Shown: positions 34,446-46,400 of the stretch, in pieces
Layout: each line of letters opens with the position of its first letter
Position numbering within the stretch: the first letter of the stretch is position 1
DNA from: Amphiscolops sp. MND2022
Lineage: Eukaryota
Assembly (NCBI GenBank): GCA_964187785.1
Contig: OZ076421.1
Span: 42,966,001-43,030,000 of the forward strand
Length of the DNA stretch: 64,000 bases
Direction of reading: 5' to 3'
The notes under the pieces: model-generated
What the model saw: the letters and a program-made list of their open reading frames with translations, nothing else
Told to the model about the DNA's origin: nothing
Databases searched by the model: none
Translations under genes and position numbers: made by a program

Positions 34446-37400
34446 ATGGGATTGGTATTGGGCACGTGTTGTGCTGCGCAGATGGCATGTTGTGTGGGCT
34501 CCACTGTGTGTTCCTGCTGTTGTGGCTGTTTACCCGCCATCAAGGCCTCCACATCCACAAGACTCATGTACTTAGCCATGCTGTCTCTCATCGCCCTGCT
34601 CTCTATGGTGTTCCTCAGTGGACCTTTCGAGGATTGGCTCCAAAAGGTGATTAGTTGTTAAATCGCCCTCAAATGTCTCCAGCAAAAATCATCAGATTTG
34701 CAGTAAAAAAGAAGGAAATCTAGCAAGGAAGTTTTTGAAAAAGGGAAAAAACGCAGCTTTCACGGCTGCTGAAATTTGACATTAGAAACTCAGACAAGAA
34801 ATGAAATCAGTTGTTAAATGCAAAGTTTCGGAGTTTTCGTATGGTGCTCTCAATTAGCGGTTTTCAATAAACTTTTTGCAGTCAACTCCGTTTCGTATCC
34901 GGATAATTCGGATCTTCGTTTGATGGGTTTGTATCTGAAACCCCAATTTCGAAACGACCAAAATATTCTCCGGTTAATTCGTAACTGCCATTATTCGTGC
35001 TATTTTATGCTAGCGATACGAATTAAACGGTTTCAACTGTAGTTGTTGAAGTTGCCGTTGAATTGGGAAAGAATTCGATAACGTTTATTGAGTTTGTTCT
35101 GCAGGACACCTGATGTTTTATTTTCGAGTTGTTACTTTGTTCATTTTCCGCGGTTTTGTCTCTATGAACACCGTATCAATCTTGATTTTCAACAAAAGTC
35201 AAAGAAGAAATGCAAACAGTTTCGGCACATTGATAACAATATCGAGATTGATCTCTTCAAAGATTGGAAATTTTCGATACTTATGCACTTGTATCTTTTC
35301 TCCCGACCTTTCGATGCAAATTTTAAAACCTGTCTATACAATTTTTATAACATTTAGCGCTGTCATTCTACACCCAAAGGTGCTCTTGCGTGCCCAATGA
35401 CACATCAAAATAGTATGACTGGGATTTGGAAACAGTCTAATTTAGTCCAAAATGACCAAAAAACGACCATTTTTGGATTTTTTCCGAATATCTTAACTGT
35501 CCATACGATTCGAACGAATTTTTTTTTACATCATTCTACACCATATTCTACGTCATTCGATGTGTGCAACTACATCAAAATAGTATGACTGGGATCTGAG
35601 AAACGCAGCCAAAATTAGTGCAAAAATCCTGAAGAGAATCCTGCGACAATAAAGTACGTTCTTAGTTTTTCAATATTTTAATCAGTTTCCGACTGACTTA
35701 CCGCACATGCGGCTCTGGTTACTACCCTTAGGCTAATGTGTGAAGTGTTCTGCTAAATTAAAGAAAAGGTCTTGCCAATTTTGTTCAAGCTACTAATCCC
35801 TCTTCTGCGTGAAACGACATTTTGACCTTCCAAATCACAAAACCTCCATTTTAAATCTTTGATATTTTTCAGCTGAGCTTTTACTACGACTTCTGCAAAG
35901 AACAGCAGGTGGCCGAGGGATCCATCTGCAAACGAGTGCTGGGCTACTCTGCCGTGTACCACATCTGCTTTGGTGGCTTCCTCTTCTTCGCACTCTTGGC
36001 CCTACTGATGGTGTGCGCCAAGTCCAGTGCAGACCCACGTGTCAAGTTCGACCGAGGGTGAGTTGGTGCCATTTTAATGAACTTTTTATTTATTTATTCC
36101 ACCTTTTTTTCATAGGGATTGTTGTACAGAGTCGAATTATGCAGGATCGAAAAATGCGCAAAACTATCTAGGATCGAACTCTGACTAGATTTTATCTAGG
36201 ATCGAAAGAAGTGAAAATTTCTATACTACCATATATTACCATTGCTATATTGCTCTGTAAAGTTGGATCCTAAATAATTCGACTCCAGAAATTTCAGTTG
36301 CAATTTTCGATTCTACATAATTCGACTCCAAAGAGGCAACTTTTAAAATAGGGTTTATTTAGTTTAACGTTTTGACATTCAAGTATATCAACGTCACAGA
36401 AAAGCAACGGCAATGCTCAGTTCAAAAGTTGGTTCTGGTTGGTGAAAGCTTTGAAGAGCTGATCAGCTCGTTCTTGCATCCTTTTTATTTGTATGTATTT
36501 TATTTATATACAAATGAAATAAATGAACTCTTCTTTAATTACAGGGTTTACAGTTCATTTGAACTATTCATTTGAATTAAAACGTTAAAAATTAATGAAA
36601 TGAACTGTAGGCCCTGTAAGTTGCAGCTTCTATTATGACCGCTGGACAAGACATTGGGATCTAATTCACCCAAGTTGGTCTTGTTTTTGAAATATGACGT
36701 CAATTTTAATGCTAACGTGGTATCATTCAATTGGTATCATCAAAAGGCGACTTTCCACCACTTGAAGTCTGAAAGTCCGAACTTGATCTTTTGCGATTTT
36801 CACGGATTCCATAAAGGGGATTACTTGCCCGATTCCAGAAACAACTTTGGATTGAATTGAATTTTAGCCCATTGGTTTTAAAAAACTCGGTTTTAAGATT
36901 CCTGCATCGGCGTTGAAAGTGATTCAAAGTTCTAAACATTCCCGTTAAGTTTCATGATGTACCATTCAAATGTATCCATGAATCAGTTTGACTTTGGAAC
37001 GAAACTCAAGGATAGATATTTGCAGTTAGATTTACAGCCACGTTAGAGTAGTTTTGAAGTAGCTGATCAAGTTTAACCCCAATCGACCTGGGCGTTTTTT
37101 TTAATTTTCGAAAAATTTGCCAAAAAAATTTCAATCATCAATATCTCCACAACTACGCGTACCAGAGGAACGAACTATAGCGCGTTTGAAAGGTCTGATA
37201 TTGGGCTTTCATTTTGGTCAGGTGAGCCCCTGTCGCCGCTGCGCGGGGGCTTGTAGTAGCAACAGAATATTATAGGGTTTTGTTGCACCAGGACTTGTTG
37301 TGGAAGGGTATGTGGTTGGTTTTTTCTATTGATCAAAGACTTTTGAGGAAACAGGATTTCGTCAAAATCTGAATTTTGAGAAAATATAACTCTTTTTTTT

Positions 37401-40400
37401 GTGCAAAAAACCCATTTTTCTCAGGTTTGGAGATATTTTCCCTTTTTCTAATGCTTGTGCCATTCAACTCAATCTAGGTAGAAATTACTTGTTGAAAAAA
37501 AATCGTGCTAGAGAAAATGGGCTATTGGCAAAAGGAATCAGAATTTGGAAGAAAAGGTAGGCTGCTTTAAAGCATCACTAGGTTCATTGGGGTTAACATC
37601 TAGAAATTGAACTGACTATAAACTGTCATGAACAGCTGGAATTTATCTTTTCACAGCAGGGGGTGTCGAAAAACTTAGTTTTGACCATATCAAAAGACTT
37701 TTGTTTCCAACTTGTTAACATCTAGAAATTGAACTGACTATAAACTGTCATGAACAGCTGGAATTTATCTTTTCACAGCAGGGGGTGTCGAAAAACTTAG
37801 TTTTGACCATATCAAAAGACTTTTGTTTCCAACTTGTTAACATCTAGAAATTGAACTGACTATAAACTGTCATGAACAGCTGGAATTTATCTTTTCACAG
37901 CAGGGGGTGTCGAAAAACTTAGTTTTGACCATATCAAAAGACTTTTGTTTCCAACTTGTTAACATCTAGAAATTGAACTGACTATAAACTGTCATGAACA
38001 GCTGGAATTTATCTTTTCACAACAGGGGGTGTCGAAAAACTTAGTTTTGACCATATCAAAAGACTTTTGTTTCCAACTTGTTAATGATCTCAAGAAAAAT
38101 GGGCATGTGTTCGGATAGTCAGCTTGAATTTTTCCACGTACTTCCAGTTTGGAATTCCGTTAACAAACTCTGTGTCACGTGTTTCAGGTTTTGGTTGTGG
38201 AAGTTCATAATGCTGATCGGTGCTATTGTGGCTGTGTTCTTTATACCCACGAATACTGCTTTTACAACTAGTAAGACTGCTCTTAAAATTTTCTCTGCAA
38301 ATTTTATTTTTCTAAAGACGTCAAATGAATTGTGTTCTGTGTTATAGCCATGTACGTCATCGGGTTGATCGGAGGCTTTGTCTTCATATGCGTGCAGATT
38401 CTCATGCTCATCGACTTTGGACACTCTTGGAATGAAGCATGGTTAGCATTTTATTTTTAAAGCCTTTATGGGTGCTATCGTAGTGGAAGAGATAGTGCTT
38501 AGTAATTCACTGACACCCGCCCATATTTTCATTTCCGCCTATATTTTCCAATATCTTATGTTTTCCCTAATTAAGGCGTTTTCCCTAATTTTGCCAACGT
38601 TTAACTATAATCAAAAAAGAGTGCCTTAAATGAGAAAAGCCATGTGTTTAAATTTTCGATATATATTTTGTTGCAATCATTCTATTAGCCAAAGCGTCTT
38701 CTGGACCGCCACTCAAGACTGTAATTTGTTCCATAATATATACTTCGCGTGATTTTATGGTCGAATATTTAGGTCAGACCTCGGATGTTGCATGTTTTCT
38801 GCAGTTTTTATACCCTTTGACTAGAAAGCTGATCTTTCTTTAATAACCTATAATGCTTTCTATCATTCTTTAAAAAAATCCGACATGCGATGCCGACTCT
38901 GGTCGTTTTTTGTTGCCTCGAGTTTGTGATGAATATTTGTTTACAGGGTTGGTCGAATGGAGGACAGTGACAACAAGGGCTGGTTCATCCTGCTCATGTT
39001 CTGCACCTGTCTCATGTTCGGGGGCGCCTTCATCGGAGTGGTGCTCATGTTCATCTACTACAGTGGCTCCGGTTGCCATGACAACACCTTCGTCCTCTGC
39101 CTGCTCCTCGTTCTCTCCCTCGTCATCTCCGTCCTCTCTATTCTCCCAAAAGTGCAGGATGGTTAGTTGCAAAGCACGAGTGCAGAGCACGTTTTTTGAC
39201 ATGAAAAACAAGCCGGGAACGGCATAAGTCGACGCCATTCCTAAAGCTCAAAAATAGCACAAGGACCTCAAAGTGTCAAGTATTCTCTTCTATATTACCC
39301 AAAAAGCCCAAAAGTTGGACGAATTTTGAACAGTCTCTTAGTGCCGAAAAATGTAAAAGAGGAGACCTTTTGGGATTTTTTAACGTCCATTCGGTTTGAG
39401 AATATCAAAAAATTGAAAGGGTCCTTTGGAGACATTAAAATTTTTTCAAAAAGTCACAATGCCGAAAAAATGAAATGGGGACGCTTTAGTCTCGCCACGC
39501 ATTGTATGTTACGCTGAAAAAAAAGGAACAACTTTTATAATTCAGTTCCTTGGGCCAAATGGTCCAATTTGATACCTCAAAGTTTTGTAGAACTTTGTAG
39601 AACTATTTTGGCCAGTTCTTGTGGATTGAAAAAAATTGAAAAAGATTGACTTACTAGTATAGTCGCGTTTCTCTTCTTGAAGCGCCGACTAACAAGTGAA
39701 TTAAATCAGTATAAAAGTACATCAATAGAAGGCGGTATAAACAATGAGTCAATGAGAGAGTTCAACATGGAGTTGCTCATCGTAGGTTCTGAGAGATCAG
39801 AAGCTTCCTTGGTCGAAATGACGTCAAATTTATTCATGTCACCGAATCTTTTTCGCTGTTTTTCAGAGGTGTTTTCTGTGCATCAGCGTTGTGGAATTTT
39901 TGCACATGACGAAGTCAATGTGCATTGCAGTCCAGCTAAGAAAGTTTTTTTTCCACAATAGCCAACTTCATAATAAGCGCGTTTTAGAGAAAAGCCAAAA
40001 CCCCATAGAGATTCGAACCTGCAGCCTCCCGATTGCGCGGCATAAGTGTTAACCACTGTGCCATAAGGACGTTATTGAATAAAGTTGAACTGTTGAATAT
40101 ATACGCATGCGATTAAAATAATAATATATATATACGCATATTAAAATAATCGTTGTCTTCGTCATGTGTTGCGAAGCACCGCTTCGCCTCTGTGTTCAAC
40201 TTTAAAATTTAACATTTTCAAACTTGAAAACTTTTCAAATTTAAAATTATGAGCCGAGGAAATAAAAATTTGAGGTCGAAAGGTGTTCGATTCAGGGTTC
40301 GCATGTTTAAAACATGCCGTGTTTTAAACGCGTTTCAAACAAGTTCTTTAAACATGACAAAGCATTCTTTTGTTCAATTGATTTTATTTCAGGTATAGAT

Positions 40401-43400
40401 ATTTTCACGTTCCTAAAATCGCAAGTAATCTTGGGCAATTTGGCGGAAGTCATCAAGAAAATTGCTGACGCGCTACTGGTTCTTATCCCAAGTTCGGCGT
40501 GCTTGGAACGAATTTTCAGCACCCTGGGATTCGTCCACAACCAAAAGCGAAATCGACTCTCAATTGAAAAAGCCAACGAACTTACTTTCTGTCTTCGCTT
40601 ACTACAATAAACTCAGTTGTTAGGTCGTCTAGGCGTTGGAAGTATTCATGTGATAGATCTAGATTTTGAACATGTTTAAAACAAAAAAACAATGTTTTAA
40701 ACGTTTTAAACACGATTTTTTCAAAATCTTGTTTTTCCGAACCTTGGTTCGATTGCAGAAACGTAATAATAATAATAATAAATTAATTTATCTGGCAACA
40801 TTACAAAACATCATCAAATTAAAACACCAAAAGAATATATCGATGCCACAAAAGACTCCCAAAAGGCGGTGGCCCGGTTGAAGGGAGCCTTTTGATAATT
40901 GCGAATTTTAGAACAGTTATTTCTGGAACATAAGTTGACAAAAAAGAAAAACGGAACATCAGAAAAAAAACAATTCAAGGACGTTTTTGGTGGGTTTCAA
41001 TGCGCGTGTAAAACAGTGAGAGATCATGTGCTATCAATTTTAGGCACACACACTCTACAGTGTATTAAGACAGCTGGAAAAAAACCGAAAGTGATGATGA
41101 AGTTCCACTGAAATTCCCTGAAAACTCGCTTCTCGTACCCCCTCTGATATAGTTTCAATTGATGGCTTCTGCGCACCCGATGCCCGACTTTACAGGCCCA
41201 GGAGTCTTCAATGCTCTGTGGGAGCAAAGATTCAAACACCTGAGAACTCTAACGCGGGATTTTTTGCATCAGGTGGCAGAAGCTTCTGGGGTATGATAGT
41301 AAATACAGTAGGGGGCTTTTATAACGACCCTGAGGGGCAGTTGATTTTAATGTCGGTATAAAAACCGTCGTTATAAAGATAGTCGTTGCAAGCATTTGCT
41401 GTATGACAGGAACTTGGAAAATGGTCGTTATAAACGCTCGTCGTTATAAAGCACTCCGTTATAAACAACCCCTACTGTACTATGATACCCCCTTGTTGGA
41501 TGTATGGCTAAGCAAAACAAAACAGAAAGGATCAATATCGGCTTAGCACTTACACTTGGCTCCGCAAAAATAACGAGACTACATTGGCATTTATTATTCA
41601 AATTAAACAAAATGACACTTCCAAAGAAGAAGAAGAACCAATTGCTTTTTAACTGACGGCTGTGGAAAACTGACAAATTGGAACTTGAATTTATTTGAAG
41701 GGCTTTTTAATTATTTTTATTATTAATTCGCCGGCGCTCTCCTCCGTCGATAGAAGAGATAATTGCACGCGGGGGTTACCGAGACAGAAAGCTGCTCTTT
41801 TGGAAAGCGCTATCACTCGTAATTTTACTTCGACTCGTGAATTTACAACGGTTTATTATCAATTCACGCGTTCAAATGTTGTCAAAAAGTATACTTCTCA
41901 ATTCTCTGAATTTTAATGGGCAATTTAAATTTCTCCATTTAACTTGAGCCTCTTTAAATCAATTTTAAGGTTGAATTATTATTTGAATTAATTATAAATT
42001 TCGATATGTAAATGTATATGGAATCAATTAAATGTTTAAATTTAACTTTCAAAATGTAAAGGTAGATCACTGTCGTTGAAAAAGGCATACCCAAAAACTC
42101 GTGGTGTCCATAAGTAGAGTGACGTCACCTTTCTAAGTGGTGTGTTTTTCAGCCAATCCCAAGTCGGGTCTCTTGCAGGCCTCACTGACTAGTTTGTTCG
42201 TGGTCTGCATCACGTGGATGGCGTTCTCCTCGGACCCCCGCGAGCAGTGCAACGCCAGTGACGACACTGAGCAGTGGGTCATCATCGCACTCGCTCTCTT
42301 TCTAGCCGACTTCACTATCCTCGTTGCCAGGTATTCCATTGTCTCTCACAAGCTTTCAACTCTTATTTGCAAATCTGTTATTTTCATCCATTATTTCCAT
42401 ATGGAAGTCAAATTCATTTTTCAGCCGCATTTTTTCCAGATTTTTCACTTTTACAATTTTATACTCATAATTGACACTGCAACGAGGCTCTGCAGCTTGG
42501 AGCGTAATTGACACCTTCACATGAAATTTTCCCGAATTTGACAGCTGTGATATGAGCTCAAAAGTGATATGGGCTCTTGAAAGAAGAAAGTTTATTTTTG
42601 AAATTTTGATACTATCCAAGTTTTGTAGAATTTGTTTTCTCGTCGGCTTGAGTATCCGCAGTTCAGCGACAAAAGCATTCGCTTTTTACCATACTTTTCA
42701 AATCAAGGGATTTCAAGTTTCTAGAGTATCTGAAATGAACCAAAAACAAGGCAAAACTTGTTAAAAATTTCTATTTAAAAATTTGAACATTTTTCGTTGT
42801 TATCGGTTACTTTCGAGACTAGATGTTGAATCGCCACCGCAGTCATAACTAAAAACCAATAATTAAAATCCTATTTCTCTACGGTATCTTTACAACGTTT
42901 TATTCCACGAAAAGTTCGTGTAACCCTTGGAGCACCATGCTCTTCGAATACTCATTGAGCCCACTTTTTGCACATGACGAAGTCAATGTGCATTGCAGTC
43001 CAGCTAAGAAAGTTTTTTTTTCCACAATAGTCAACTCCATAATGAGCGCCTTTTAGACAAAAGCCAAAACCCCTGAGAGATTCGAACCTGCAGCCTCCCG
43101 GTTGCACGGCATAAGTGTTGACCACTGTGCCATAGGGACGTTATTGAACAAAGTTGAACTGTTGAATATATACGCATGCGATTAAAATAATATATATACG
43201 CATATTAAAATAATGTCTTCGTCATGTGTTGCGAAGCACCTCTTCGCCTCTGTGTTAAATAGAAAACCTTATGGTTGGATTTGCTCATTGGTCACATAGT
43301 GAAACTTCATTTCCTTGATGAAGCCTACTTGGAACGGTAGTCGATCTCAGTATTTGAAACCGCTGCTGTGAAATATAGGATAATACCTTGTCCTGTGTTT

Positions 43401-46400
43401 ATACCAGGGTTGTGATGATTTAAATCAATTGATTTAAATCAATGATTTAAATCCGATTTTAATCGTGGAATAAAAATCAAAAAAATCATTGACCCAGTTA
43501 TTGTCCTTTAGTCACGGATGACAGAAGAGTTGATAGGCGCGCTCAATCATGTTCAAACAAAAATCGCAAGACTCTGGCGGTATTTATAACACATTAATCA
43601 ATAGTTTTGTTATAGAAACTGTAATTTTCACGTAGCAAGTTCGTTTTACTAGAGTGCCTGGATCACATGTTCACATTGCGCATTCTACAATTCACATTAT
43701 TCACATCATTCACATTTGGATTCGTTCACTCCAGCTCCCGAAACCGATTGGGAGTCGAAAAATGCGGCAAACTTGTTTTCTGTTTCCGTGTTTTGAATCA
43801 ATGATTGATATTATGTATTGATATTAATTGATTCTTTAACAAAAAATTTCGTTTTCAATAAAAATCAAAAAAATCAATTAAATCAAGCAAAAATAATAAA
43901 AATCGGATTTAAATCAAGCAAGAATAAAAATCGGATTTTTTCACAACCCTGGTTTATACATGGATTCTTAAATGGAATATTTTTTTGAGAAAATGTACCT
44001 GGGAGTTTTCGTTCCCACTTCAGTCTTTCATTGTAGCATATCTGGATTAATAAATTAGTAAAAGTTGCTGTATCCTTAATCCCGATATTTCATTTATATC
44101 ATATTGTGAAAATCATGAAGTGTCAATTTTGAAAATTACCGTCATCATATTGAACGGTTTTTGGTGGAAGAATATTCTATAACTGAAAAATCTCTTTAAC
44201 AAGACATCTGAAAACATTTAAACTTGTGCTGAAGCTCACTCATTCGTTGTAAGAATTTGGTGCTCCTTTCAAGGTCATTTCTTTATATACAAAGGCCCAT
44301 ACAATGTTCTATCGTGCTCTGCAAACTACTCTATTGAGTTCATAATCGGTGTTTTATTGCATATTTCAATATTGTTCCAGTGGCTCGTCTCGCAGCAGTG
44401 ACAGTGCCACCAACTATGCCTCGGACGAGGGAGACCGAACAGGGGGACAAGCAGTGGTGGACGACGAAGAGGACGAGGTCTCCTACAGCCACTCCCTGTT
44501 CCACGTGGCCATGGCCACTGCCTGTCTCTTCGTCATGATGACTCTCACCCAGTGGGACAGGTACCAAACAACAACTTGAATGACAATTATAAACAAGCCG
44601 GTAACGGCACAAGTCGGCGCCATATCCAATGTAGAAAATGCATCTAAAAATGCAGAAAAGTCTTGTAGTACTGAAAACCTGACCCTCAAGAATTACTTTG
44701 GACGCAAATTTTGTGAAATTTCGTGGAAAAATCGATTGTTATGCGAGAAATGAAAAAAAGTTACATCCGAACTTTGAAAACGTTACATCCGAACTTTGAA
44801 AACGTTATATTCGAACTTTGAAAACGTTATATCCGAGTACCCTTTTGGTCCCGTTGATGTAAAATAAGTATTCTCAGATGATGTAAAATACGTTGCTTGT
44901 ATGCAAGATGAATACGTTGCAAGATGAAAATTGTAAGAAAAGTGGACCACACAGAGTGAGATTGTCAGCCGAAAAAAACTACCCACTGTAAAGACAAATG
45001 GAGCTTGCTCTGGTTGAATATTTTAGCACTAGAACATGAACAATCGCCTCGGGCATCTTTTAGGGAAAAAATTGTACTACCTCAATACAAATACTTTCGA
45101 TGATATAGGCCTTAAGAAACCAAATGGGCTAAAAAGTCGCATTTGATCAATGAATGTTTTTTGTCAAAAAAGTACTAAGTAGCGCAACTTTAGCGAGATT
45201 AAGGTAGTTCCACCAGAAGGTTCTAGGAGTGCACCATAAAAAGTATTTACCCATCATGCCAGTCCCTCGAATGGTTCCGGAGATATTAGTAGCCAACTGG
45301 CAGGAAATGGGATTTCAAACTCAACCGACCAAATTGTTTAACGAAATAAGACTGATGCATCCTGCTCTGGTTAAAAACTCGAACGCAAGAACATGGACAA
45401 ATGCTCGAGACATCTTTCAAAGGAAGGATTTTTACTGCATCGTGAAAACTCCTGATGATATACGCCTTAGAAAACCAAATAGACTAAAAAGTCGCATTTG
45501 ATCAATAAACATTTTTCGTCAAAAATTGCACTAAGCCGCAAACAAAGTTAGCGAGATGGAAGCTGTTCCTCGAGAAGGTCGTGGGGATGCACCATGAAAT
45601 GATATTTACCCGTCATACCAGTAGCTCGAATGGTTCAGGAGAACAGTAGCGAACTGATTACAAACTAGTGTTTAGCTTCGACCTATCAAGTTTTCTAATC
45701 CGGAAAAGTCTTTTGGAACCCCCATTGACAACTTTTTTACTGAAAAAAAACGAAACGTCATCATAGAGGACGAGAATTAAGGGCGCCAAATCGAAAAAGT
45801 TGGTCAATCTCACGTTTTGGCAGAAAAAAGTGGAAATTGTCTTTGAAAATCGAATGACCATAGGCTTCGCTCCGCCTAATAATCCGTGTATACCAGTGAT
45901 GACCAATATAATGGACGATTAAATTCATTTCCAAGTAAAGAATCCGTTATAATTTTCTAAATTTAATAAACGATTGAAAGCCATTAGAGGAAACCATTAT
46001 AATTATCTTCAATGAAAATATATTGCACTGCACGTTCTACCACAAATCGAAACTTTTCTGTGATTTCCTGAAACCGCCAACTCCTGGTAATATTTCAAGT
46101 GCGTATAAACTATGCTTTAATTGTGGCAAGAATAACCAATCAATGATTTTTTGGTTGCGATTGATTTTGAAACAATTCTAAAAATGAATACCTCAATTTT
46201 GAATTTTCTATTTAAAAAGTTTCTTGGCCGTCACTGGTTCAAATCACAATCGGCGGCCCACTTGGGTCTTTAGCCTACCAAAAGTGAAATAATTCAATTG
46301 TGTTGTATTTTGGGAAGCGGGTGTTTCGGAGGAACACTAATTATTTTTATTCGTCAGCTGGAATATTACTCAAATTTTAATGCATATGAAGAGCATTCCA

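Noticed and set aside
37593-38084. CRISPR-like array
   Set aside because: The units are full-length identical 122-mers with no unique spacers, there are no cas genes, and the context is a eukaryotic intron.
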